Below are positions 47,693-55,161 of a stretch of DNA of 55,873 nucleotides, piece by piece. Position 1 is the stretch's first letter. Each line of letters begins with the position of its first letter. Position numbers and translations under genes: made by a program. The DNA lies in the IMG/VR virus record IMGVR_UViG_3300028809_000018, positions 1 through 55,873 of that record; one strand, given 5' to 3'. The notes beneath the pieces are model-generated. The model was not told the origin of the DNA, did not search any database, and saw only the letters and a program-made list of their open reading frames with translations. Source of the DNA: a virus (Duplodnaviria > Caudoviricetes).

Positions 47693-47932
47693 TTACTCGG
47701 GACGGGGGACGCCGACCTTGTCCTGCACCCACGAGATGCCCTCGCGAGCCTTGTCGGCGGCCAGGTCGACCGCTCCGACGGTCGCCGCGGCGGCCTCCTG
47801 GAGCGGGGTGGGCTCGGCGCCCTCCTCGACGTCCTCGATGAAGGCGTCCACGGCCCGGCGGGCGAGTACGACTGCGCCAACGACGGCGCCGCCGACAACT
47901 CCGGCGACTACGAGGGCGGTCTTGAGCTTCAT
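47693..47932 (-). CDS. Small membrane protein
   Basis: N-terminal hydrophobic helix; RBS GAGGAGAGAAG. Confidence 0.72.
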   Translation of the reverse strand: MKLKTALVVAGVVGGAVVGAVVLARRAVDAFIEDVEEGAEPTPLQEAAAATVGAVDLAADKAREGISWVQDKVGVPRPE

Positions 47933-47951
47933 GCTTCTCTCCTCAGAACGT

Positions 47952-47997
47952 TACCTGGATATACGGGTAGCGTAAGGTCTGGGATGGCCCGAGTCAA
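47952..47997 (-). promoter_or_regulatory. Leftward promoter TTGACT-N17-TACGCT with a palindromic operator (TACCTGGATATACGGGTA) over the start site
   Basis: -35 at 47992-47997, -10 at 47969-47974, operator at 47952-47969. Confidence 0.75.
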
Positions 47998-48067
47998 GGG
48001 CGATGATGACAAGGGAGATGAATCTCTTCAGCCCACCAGAAGGCACTTTCGCGACTCTTGGTGTGCG

Positions 48068-48649
48068 TCACGTGGGGGCACCGTCCACATTGGAAGTACC
48101 AGCGCCCGCCGAACTTGTAGACACGGTGCTTCCGAACCCGTTCAGGCGCAGGAGCTGGACCATGTCGCTCAGAAACATGAAGCTGTGCCACTCGCCCGCC
48201 TCCTTCTTCTTGCCGGGCGGGCAGAACAGGACCCGAGAGCCCAGCTCAGCCCGCAAGATCAACAGGATGTCGCCCTTGCGGGGCGCGTGATGGACCGGCG
48301 GCAGGTCCGTGAAGCCGGCGATCTCGCGGAAGTACGTCACCGCGACCCACTGCTCCACCGTGCGCCGTCCACGCCCCCGCGGCTTCACCACAACCACGCC
48401 GATGCTGGCCTTTGCGTTGGCCTTCTCGACCTCCACCTCGCGCAAATAGCCCGAGTAGTTGATGGTGCCGTGGTCGCCGGAGGTCGACTTGACCTCCCAG
48501 CACACGCCCGGCGTCCCCGTGATGTCGCCCTTGTCGAGCGCGCCCTGAAGCGAGCGCCGCTCGGCGTAGGGCCACCCGTTTTCGACAAGAAAGGCCGCGA
48601 CCGCTGACTCAGCAGCGGTCCCGGCCCTCTTCGGCTTGTTGACCATCAC
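48068..48649 (-). CDS. Holliday junction resolvase (PD-(D/E)XK type)
   Basis: KRAGT.AE, AERR...G..D.GDI.G, WEVK. Confidence 0.82.
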   Translation of the reverse strand: MMVNKPKRAGTAAESAVAAFLVENGWPYAERRSLQGALDKGDITGTPGVCWEVKSTSGDHGTINYSGYLREVEVEKANAKASIGVVVVKPRGRGRRTVEQWVAVTYFREIAGFTDLPPVHHAPRKGDILLILRAELGSRVLFCPPGKKKEAGEWHSFMFLSDMVQLLRLNGFGSTVSTSSAGAGTSNVDGAPT

Positions 48650-49038
48650 ACCCGCTTGAATTGGCGGACCTGGTATTCGGCGTACAGCGCCGGGTTGTCC
48701 CGCTTGAGCCGCTCGGCGTTCAGCTCATCGACCACCTTGGGCTCGATGTACTGCTGCGCGAGGTTGGGGCGGTCCTTGATGAAGTCCTTGGTGCGCAGGC
48801 GGTTGATGCGGTGCCAGGTATAGACCGGGCGGCCGGCGAACGTCGCTTCGTCCGCGTCGGCGGCCTTCAGCACGTCCTGGAGCTTGCCGCGGATCTCGGC
48901 GAGCTGCTTCTCCCACTCCTTGATGGTGTCGGCGAGAAACTCCTCCTGCTTCACCAGATCGGCGTACAGGTCCAAGCTCACCGACTTGGGCTCAGGGATC
49001 GCGATGTCAGTTGTGGTCGACGGTGCGATGTCGGTCAT
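48646..49038 (-). CDS. Hypothetical coiled-coil protein
   Basis: RBS GGAGGAG; ends LYAEY..R.F. Confidence 0.72.
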   Translation of the reverse strand: MTDIAPSTTTDIAIPEPKSVSLDLYADLVKQEEFLADTIKEWEKQLAEIRGKLQDVLKAADADEATFAGRPVYTWHRINRLRTKDFIKDRPNLAQQYIEPKVVDELNAERLKRDNPALYAEYQVRQFKRV

Positions 49039-49273
49039 TCTGCTCCTCCAGATCAAACAGCGGCTGGTCGTCCGGCATGGGCGCGGACTTGGCCAGGCGC
49101 GGGCGTGGTGTCTTGATGCACTCGGGACACAGGGTGGCGTTCTCCCGGAAAGCCTCCTCCTCCAGGATGTGCCATCCCCGCGCCCGCGCTCCCTGCAACG
49201 TGAGGGGCTTAGACCCGCGGCTGCTGTAGCTGGCCCCGCAGCCGCACAGGAGCCCCTCAAACGAATCCCACAT
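49007..49273 (-). CDS. Zn-ribbon protein
   Basis: LCGCG...ARARGWH...LCPEC. Confidence 0.68.
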   Translation of the reverse strand: MWDSFEGLLCGCGASYSSRGSKPLTLQGARARGWHILEEEAFRENATLCPECIKTPRPRLAKSAPMPDDQPLFDLEEQNDRHRTVDHN

Positions 49274-49281
49274 GGGCTACA

Positions 49282-49581
49282 TCATGCCGCGTAGTGGCGT
49301 GGCTTGTGGCGCGACAATGCGAGTCGGTGCTCCTGCGGGTACCGCCAGGCGCGCGCGAGCAGGCGCAGCGCCCCCGCGGGTGCTTCCATTAGCAACATTT
49401 GAACCTTCAACATCCAGATTCCCTCCTCCCCCGTTCGCATCTCCGGGTTGGCTCGACGGTGCAGCGCGCCCACGAGCGTGGGCAGGCCGATGGACAGCAC
49501 GATGATGATGGCGAGTCCCCAAATCACGACTGGTGCGAGCGCTTCGAGCGTCGCGCCGGTACTGCTGGCATCACTGGCCAT
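49282..49581 (-). CDS. Membrane protein
   Basis: MASDASS... with a TM helix; the C-terminal part of ORF 49282-50616, whose upstream part is repeat-array junk. Confidence 0.55.
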   Translation of the reverse strand: MASDASSTGATLEALAPVVIWGLAIIIVLSIGLPTLVGALHRRANPEMRTGEEGIWMLKVQMLLMEAPAGALRLLARAWRYPQEHRLALSRHKPRHYAA

Positions 49582-49600
49582 TGTGGACCAACTTTCGGTT

Positions 49601-50249
49601 TGTCGAACAGATACGGCTTGGCACGGCTTGTCGGGTCGGCCAGACATGGGTCGTCGAGACTGGTGAGGTCCGAGGGGGGTAGTCGGGCTGGGGTGGCGTG
49701 GGATGAAGCTGTGTTGACGCGTCAGAACGGAGCGTAACGAACGGATCTGTGATGTCGGGCATGGTCGGGTCTGGGTAGCAGGGATCAGTCGGGGGGGCCA
49801 GGAGTGGCAGGGTGAGTCGGCGGTAGGCGTGGCGATGCGGCGTCGCGTGATGAGATGTCGGAGCGTGTTGGGGGGAAACGTGTTGTCGGAATGGGTCGGC
49901 GAGAACACGGCTCGGGCTGGCTGGTCGGAGGGATGAGGGATGAGCGGATCAGTCGGCGTGACGTGGTCTGTGCTGGCCCGCAGAGGGTAGTCGGAACAGG
50001 GACGTGCTGCGCGGATCGGGCTCGAATTGTCGGGTTGGCAAGTGCGGGGCGAGTCGGCCAGTCGGATTGAGGCGAGGCGCCGTGGATTGTCGGTATGGGG
50101 CGCCGTGGATTGTCGGACTGGAATGGGTTGTCGGGCGTGAAGGGTGCCGGTCAGGCAAGTCGGGAGTGGAAGGGGAGGGCCGGGGTAGTCGGGTCGAGAT
50201 GAGTCGAGCGGGGAGGGCCAGTCGGCGTGGGGTCGGGTTGACATGTCGA
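49601..50249 (-). repeat. Non-coding pentamer-periodic array A (~22-24 units), candidate guide-RNA array
   Basis: + strand units W-GTCGG-(NNNGR)n-NN, e.g. GTCGG CGTGA CGTGG TCTGT GCTGG CCCGC AGAGG GT A; G-rich and C-poor; no credible ORF. Confidence 0.85.
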
Positions 50250-50251
50250 AG

Positions 50252-50274
50252 GGGGCCAGCCTAAGCCGGCCCCC
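50252..50274 (-). other. RNA hairpin between the RAMP gene stop and array A
   Basis: Minus strand GGGGCCGGC-TTAG-GCTGGCCCC; the G-U wobble favours the minus strand. Confidence 0.6.
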
Positions 50275-50282
50275 GTGACGAA

Positions 50283-51086
50283 TCAGGAAACGCGATCCCA
50301 GCGGGTCACGGTGTAGCGGCCATACGTCTGCGAACGGCTGGCCCCCAGGCCCTGCTGCTCGCCGCCCACCCAGATCTGCGCCCACTGCTTCTCGGTGAAG
50401 TCGTAATCGCTGATCACGGTGAACTTGATGACAGCCCGCTGCACCATCTCCTGGTACTGGATGGCCGAACCGAACCGGGTGTTGACGAAGTGCTGGTTCA
50501 CCTTGTCCGGCGAGGTGACGGGCGAACCGTCCTCGCGCCACAGGTCGAGGTGATCCTCGACCACCATGACGTGCTCGGCCATGAAGTTGAGTAGGCCCTT
50601 GTTTGTCTTGCCCCATCCGCGCCCGTCGAGCCGGCCCGCGGCGACGGCAACGCTGGCTGCCTCCTTCAGCGCCGCCTTGAGCTGGCGGCCCTCGATGTAG
50701 AGCTGGTGGGCGTCCGGCTTCGAGCAGATCGGGCCGTCACCGAGGCAGTCCTTGCAGCGCGTCCGGTAGAACCCGTTGAGGTTCTGGGTGGCGGCCAGCT
50801 CGGCGGTCGCCTCCTCCTTCGTGATGCCGCGCTTTTCGACGATCTCCAGCACCGCGCGCTGGATTTGCTGCTCCTTGTCGATGCCGAGCTTGGTGCGCAG
50901 CCAACCCTCGACCACGCGCGGGTCGGAGGGCACGCCGCCGAGGATCTGCTTGAGGAACAGCTCACCTTCGAATCGGTGCGACCACGCCTCGGCCGCCTCG
51001 CTGGCGAACACGGACGGGCGCGGGGGGAGGATTTCGTGCAGGCTGACGCCCGCGAGGTCGGGTGTGATGACGTCGGTCTTGGGCAT
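50283..51086 (-). CDS. Solitary RAMP / Cas7-like RNA-binding protein
   Basis: LYIEGRQLKAALKEAA (RAMP helix-1 motif), C-terminal G-rich loop GLGASRSQTYGRYTV, CxxC...C...H insertion; strong RBS AAAGGAGAGAAG. Confidence 0.8.
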   Translation of the reverse strand: MPKTDVITPDLAGVSLHEILPPRPSVFASEAAEAWSHRFEGELFLKQILGGVPSDPRVVEGWLRTKLGIDKEQQIQRAVLEIVEKRGITKEEATAELAATQNLNGFYRTRCKDCLGDGPICSKPDAHQLYIEGRQLKAALKEAASVAVAAGRLDGRGWGKTNKGLLNFMAEHVMVVEDHLDLWREDGSPVTSPDKVNQHFVNTRFGSAIQYQEMVQRAVIKFTVISDYDFTEKQWAQIWVGGEQQGLGASRSQTYGRYTVTRWDRVS

Positions 51087-51106
51087 TGCTTCTCTCCTTT
51101 GTGGAA

Positions 51107-51466
51107 TGTCGGATCAGTGGTGGCCCGATACGGGTTGTCGGTTAGATCGGGATGGGATAGTCGGCGTCGGGTCGAAGTGCAGTGTCGAGGCGGATTGAGC
51201 AGGAGGGACTTGTCGGTGCCGGGCCGCGTGGCGGTGGGTGGGCCAGTCGGGTTGATGTGGGGGGAACTGGCAAGGAACGTCGGATGGGGCTCGACGGGGC
51301 TGGTGGTGCGGTGGGTGGTCAACAGGCAAGGAATGTCAGGGACCGCATAGTCAAGCCGAGCTGAGCAGAGGTGGGTAGGCTGGTCGGTGCCGAGGCGTCC
51401 GGATTAGTCGCTCCGGGCTGAGCGGTGGTGGGTGGCGTTGTCGGAACTGAAGCGCGTCGGCTAGTC
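51107..51466 (-). repeat. Non-coding pentamer-periodic array B (~13 units), candidate guide-RNA array
   Basis: Same grammar, e.g. GTCGG GTTGA TGTGG GGGGA ACTGG CAAGG AA C; GTCGA GGCGG ATTGA GCAGG AGGGA CT T. Confidence 0.85.
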
Positions 51467-51751
51467 GTTCTTGATGGCGCTGAAGTACTTCTCCATCCAC
51501 TCGCGGATTGCGCGAGCGGCATCTTCGGGCGTGGACCCGCGGGTGGAGCCCTCCGCGGACAGCATTCGCGCCACACCCGTCTCGTCGAAGGCCCGGATGA
51601 GGCCCGTGAGCGCGTCCAAGCGGATGAGCCGGAGGCGCTCCTCGGTGAGCAGGAGCCGATCGCGGTCCAACGTCTCCACAAGGGACATGCCGTGGTGGCG
51701 TGCCTTCAATGTGGAGGCGTTGAAACGCGAATAGGTGTCGAGGTCGATCAC
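51461..51751 (-). CDS. Hypothetical helical protein immediately upstream of array B
   Basis: GTGA coupling; 96 aa; its stop codon abuts the array. Confidence 0.72.
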   Translation of the reverse strand: MIDLDTYSRFNASTLKARHHGMSLVETLDRDRLLLTEERLRLIRLDALTGLIRAFDETGVARMLSAEGSTRGSTPEDAARAIREWMEKYFSAIKND

Positions 51752-52221
51752 GTGAACTTGATGCCCGTCTCGCGGGTGATGATCTCTTTGAAACGGTCGA
51801 AGTCTTCGACGTAATCGTCCGCCTCATCGCTCCAGACCGAGCCGGCGAGGTGATGGAAGAGCGCCTCGGCTTGCTTCTTGTTCAGCCCGAGCAGCTCCCT
51901 GGCCATGTCCGAGTACGGGTAGTACCACTTCTCGTTGCCGTCGAGGTCCACGCTGATCACGTACGGATTGCCCATCGACCACGCCCGTCCGGTTCCCTCG
52001 CGCTCGTCCTGCGCCCGCATCTCGCGGATCTTCTGGCGCCCGGCCGCGGTCGGCTTGCCCGACCCGTCAACCAGATCGGACATGAACACGGCCCAGCCGG
52101 CGAAACAGAACCGGGTGTTGCAGTTGTGCTGCACCCAGTCTTTCTGGCTCCAGTGCTGGGGCGTGTCTTCGATCTGCGCGACGATGAGCCGGATCAGCTC
52201 CTCGTTGAGTGCCGTCTTCAT
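51748..52221 (-). CDS. CFAGWA-motif hypothetical protein (paralog 1)
   Basis: W.Q..W...C.T.FCFAGWA...A..LLG....A..LF. Confidence 0.78.
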   Translation of the reverse strand: MKTALNEELIRLIVAQIEDTPQHWSQKDWVQHNCNTRFCFAGWAVFMSDLVDGSGKPTAAGRQKIREMRAQDEREGTGRAWSMGNPYVISVDLDGNEKWYYPYSDMARELLGLNKKQAEALFHHLAGSVWSDEADDYVEDFDRFKEIITRETGIKFT

Positions 52222-52856
52222 GACTGGGCCACCTTCATCATCCGGTCCATGTAGTCGGCGTTGATGAGCTGTGAGGTCTGCACCCGGCCGTCGCCACCGT
52301 GGGTGAGCTTCTCGTGCTCCGCCCAGTAGACGATCAGCGAGTCGTGATCGTCCGCGGTGCCGCCGACCTCCTGGATGGGGCCGCAGTCAGAGCAGTTGAG
52401 CGTCCACGCGATCGTCTGCATCCCCCGCGTCTTGACGTCGAGCTTGCCGTCAGGGAATGACAGGCCGGTCATGCGCTTCAGATGCCGCTTGTACGAGTCC
52501 CAGGTGCCGTCGCCGACCCAGCCGGAGAACAGGACGCTGGCCTGATCCCCGGTGAAGCCGAGCAGGTCTTCCGCGACCTCGCTCCACGGGAACGCGTCGT
52601 CGGTTTCGTCGGCGATGTTGACGATGTCCAGCCCCTCCGGCGCGACGTTGGCGGCGTGCTGGATGGCGACGATGTTGGGGCGCCCCTTCTCGTCCAGGTA
52701 ATCGGACAGGTGTAGCGCCCAGCCGGCGAAACAGAACTGGGTGGGGCACGAGTCGCCCCCCTTGCGGGACCACACCTCCTGATCCCACTGGCCGGGGCTC
52801 ATCTCGATCGCCTCGACGATCTGGCGGATGAGCGGGACATTCAGTTCTTCGGCCAT
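52218..52856 (-). CDS. CFAGWA-motif hypothetical protein (paralog 2, with a C-terminal CxxC)
   Basis: Same motif; RBS GGGAGAGAAGG. Confidence 0.78.
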   Translation of the reverse strand: MAEELNVPLIRQIVEAIEMSPGQWDQEVWSRKGGDSCPTQFCFAGWALHLSDYLDEKGRPNIVAIQHAANVAPEGLDIVNIADETDDAFPWSEVAEDLLGFTGDQASVLFSGWVGDGTWDSYKRHLKRMTGLSFPDGKLDVKTRGMQTIAWTLNCSDCGPIQEVGGTADDHDSLIVYWAEHEKLTHGGDGRVQTSQLINADYMDRMMKVAQS

Positions 52857-52990
52857 TCCTTCTCTCCCATCGGTCAGCAGAAAGGGGCCGCGCCTCAAGG
52901 GCAGCGGCCCCCCTCGCTCGTGGTGCCACTTGGCGCGGACCCAATCGAGTCAGGATTGTTGCCGGGCTGCGCGGTGGCTCTTACGGGCAA

Positions 52991-53019
52991 ACAGTAGGTG
53001 GATATGCGGGTGTCGTCAA
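52991..53019 (-). promoter_or_regulatory. Leftward promoter TTGACG-N17-TACTGT with an ATATGCGGGT operator in the spacer
   Basis: -35 at 53014-53019, -10 at 52991-52996; drives the operon containing the RAMP gene and arrays. Confidence 0.78.
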
Positions 53020-53023
53020 GACC

Positions 53024-53365
53024 TTAGACGACATCGGCCTCAAGTTCTTCTTCACGGGCCTTTCCGCGCACGAGAAGCCGAGCGATGGTCTGACTCGTCT
53101 GGCCGCTGGCAGCGGCGATCTGGGCCGGCTTCATGGTGATCCTGGCGTCGCGGGCCGCGGCCTTGCGGGTGTCCGCGGCCAGACCCATCAGTTGGTCCCG
53201 CATGAGGTTGATGAGGTCCCCGCCCACCCGGATCTGATCGACCGGGTCGAGGCCCTCCAGGGCGTTGATGAGGCAGGCGCGCAGTTGAGCCTGCTCGGGT
53301 GTGTCACCTCCGTGATCGCGCACCCATTTGGCGGTGGGGGCGCATATCGCGCTGACGTCGATCAT
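53024..53365 (-). CDS. HTH DNA-binding protein (candidate repressor)
   Basis: C-terminal MKPAQIAAASGQTSQTIARLL helix-turn-helix; RBS AGGAGAAG. Confidence 0.72.
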   Translation of the reverse strand: MIDVSAICAPTAKWVRDHGGDTPEQAQLRACLINALEGLDPVDQIRVGGDLINLMRDQLMGLAADTRKAAARDARITMKPAQIAAASGQTSQTIARLLVRGKAREEELEADVV

Positions 53366-53395
53366 GTCTTCTCCTGTGCTGGTGGCGGATGCACA

Positions 53396-53425
53396 GCACG
53401 CTACCCGAATATCCGGGTAGCGTGC
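53396..53425. promoter_or_regulatory. Palindromic operator GCACGCTACCCG-AATATC-CGGGTAGCGTGC
   Basis: Perfect 12-bp arms; contains ATATNCGGGT on both strands; directly upstream of the HTH gene. Confidence 0.8.
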
Positions 53426-53445
53426 GTGACCTGCGCGTATGTGCC

Positions 53446-53847
53446 TCAGAGCTGTCGTTCGATCAACACAGCGAGCCGACCGAACGGGATCTGGTAGCGA
53501 TCGTTGAGGAGGGTGAGGGAGAACTTCTCCGAAAGCTCGCCCGGCTCGTGCTGGGCCTTGATCTCGGGGTTGATGGACAGCAGGCCCGCCCACTTGCGTA
53601 CCGCGTGGGGCAGGGTGCACGCAGACGAGTCGGCGGGGTTGTCGACGGCTACGTAACCGGTGACGCCCGCGGTCGGGTAGGGCGAGCGTTTGACGATGCC
53701 CTGCTCGGCGCCCAACTCGGTCAGCACACCAAGGCAGCAGAACACCTGAAGTCCTGAATCCTCAACGCGATTGAGGTACGCCCGCCCCTGCGGGAACTTG
53801 CCCGACATGAGCCGGCGCACCCACTCATCGCGTATGTGCGGATTCAC
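53446..53847 (-). CDS. CCLGVL-motif protein (tandem paralog 5)
   Basis: WV..L.SG...QG...CCLGVL...W.GL...LND...F. Confidence 0.82.
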   Translation of the reverse strand: MNPHIRDEWVRRLMSGKFPQGRAYLNRVEDSGLQVFCCLGVLTELGAEQGIVKRSPYPTAGVTGYVAVDNPADSSACTLPHAVRKWAGLLSINPEIKAQHEPGELSEKFSLTLLNDRYQIPFGRLAVLIERQL

Positions 53848-54296
53848 AGACCGACCTCAATCAGACCAGCGATCTGGTTGAAGTCGAGTTTCAGGTCATC
53901 GTTGAGGTTGGACAGCGACCGGTTGTACTCCTGCCCGTCGCCCAGGTCGTGGGCGTCGGTGCACATCTCATCGCACTCTTCGTCGCACGTATGCGTGTAG
54001 GTGATGTTCGGGTCGGCGGACTCCAGGCCCGCCCACTGCTGCACCTGGGGCGGCAAGGCGCCCGTCTCGCTACCCGAGCCGTAGATCATGCACGAGTCGC
54101 TGCCCGCATACACGCGCTTGCCGATGATGCCGTCGGCGACGGCGATCTCACACAGCACGCCAAGGCAGCAGTGACCCACAACCTCTTTCAGGCTGCCATC
54201 GTCATGTCGGGTAATCGCCGACAAGTAGCCTTCAGCCTGCTTGTACTCACCGGAGCGCAGGGCCGCGACCCAGCGCTCTTTGATGTCCTGCTTCAT
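53844..54296 (-). CDS. CCLGVL-motif protein (tandem paralog 4)
   Basis: WVAALRSGEYKQ...CCLGVLCEIA...LND. Confidence 0.85.
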   Translation of the reverse strand: MKQDIKERWVAALRSGEYKQAEGYLSAITRHDDGSLKEVVGHCCLGVLCEIAVADGIIGKRVYAGSDSCMIYGSGSETGALPPQVQQWAGLESADPNITYTHTCDEECDEMCTDAHDLGDGQEYNRSLSNLNDDLKLDFNQIAGLIEVGL

Positions 54297-54736
54297 GCTG
54301 CCGGAACCTCCTGAAGGTGGTCGCGCTCGATGACGTCGGCGATCTGGGCGAACGCGTAGCCCGCGGAATCGTTGAGGTCGACGAAGCTGGCGGGGTAGTC
54401 GTCGCCATCCTCGTCTGCGTAAACCTCGGACGTGATCTGCGGGTCAACAACACTGCCCGGCTGCCACTCCAGGCCCGCCCACTCCCGAACGGCGAGGGGC
54501 AGGGACGTGCACGAGGAGTCGTCGGAAGCGTCCACGGTCTGGTAGTAGGTGTCCTCGTCGCCGTCGTACCACTTCCGCTCGACGATGCCGTCGGCGACAG
54601 CGATCTCGCACAGCACGCCGAGACAGCAGAACTTCGTCTTGCCGTCCTCGCCCTTGCGCGCGAGACGTTCCTTGCCCTGCTCGTAGTCGCCGGAGCGCAG
54701 GGCATCCACCCAGCGTTGGGCGATGTCGCGGTTCAT
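54293..54736 (-). CDS. CCLGVL-motif protein (tandem paralog 3)
   Basis: WVDALRSGDYEQG...CCLGVLCEIA...LND. Confidence 0.85.
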   Translation of the reverse strand: MNRDIAQRWVDALRSGDYEQGKERLARKGEDGKTKFCCLGVLCEIAVADGIVERKWYDGDEDTYYQTVDASDDSSCTSLPLAVREWAGLEWQPGSVVDPQITSEVYADEDGDDYPASFVDLNDSAGYAFAQIADVIERDHLQEVPAA

Positions 54737-55161
54737 GCTGCCGCCTCCTGCGGGATGAGCTGTTCTTCGATGACGGTGGCGATCTGGTCGAAGTTGTAGT
54801 TGCGCTCATCGTTGAGCGCGGCCATGGTTGTTCTCATCTGCTGCATCCCGCCAACGGCCGGGACGGAGACGCGCGGGTTGCTGTACTCCAGGCCCGCCCA
54901 CTTCATGACCGCCTCGGGCAGGTAGTTGTAGCCCACGGTGTTGTCATCGACGCCCCTATACCGGCGGGCGAGTGACACGCCGTTGTTGTCCTCCTCCGCG
55001 GTCACGATGCCGTCCTTGAGCGCAATCTCGCACAGCACCCCGAGGCAGCAATGGCTCGCGGGCGTGCCATCCGCGTTGAGGCGTGTCAGGCGCCCCTGAC
55101 CCTGCTTGTAGTCGCCGGAGCGCAGGGCGCGGACCCAGCGCTCGCCGATGTCGCGGTTCAC
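54733..55161 (-). CDS. CCLGVL-motif protein (tandem paralog 2)
   Basis: GTGA coupling; WVRALRSGDYKQG...CCLGVLCEIA...LND. Confidence 0.85.
   Translation of the reverse strand: MNRDIGERWVRALRSGDYKQGQGRLTRLNADGTPASHCCLGVLCEIALKDGIVTAEEDNNGVSLARRYRGVDDNTVGYNYLPEAVMKWAGLEYSNPRVSVPAVGGMQQMRTTMAALNDERNYNFDQIATVIEEQLIPQEAAA

Noticed and set aside
47994-48191. Small CxxC ORF downstream of the resolvase
   Set aside because: Plausible Zn-ribbon motif, but it largely overlaps the resolvase and has no clear start, so it was not called.
49582-50616. Long Pro/Arg/Ser-rich ORFs across the arrays (e.g. 49282-50616, 50666-51322, 51351-51827)
   Set aside because: Low-complexity translations of the repeat DNA or alternate frames of real genes, with no RBS and atypical codon usage.
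49601-51466. Canonical CRISPR array or mini-CRISPR
   Set aside because: No 20-40-bp identical repeats; only a 5-6-nt delimiter is shared, and the inter-delimiter sequence is itself periodic. No cas1/2/5/6 was recognised.
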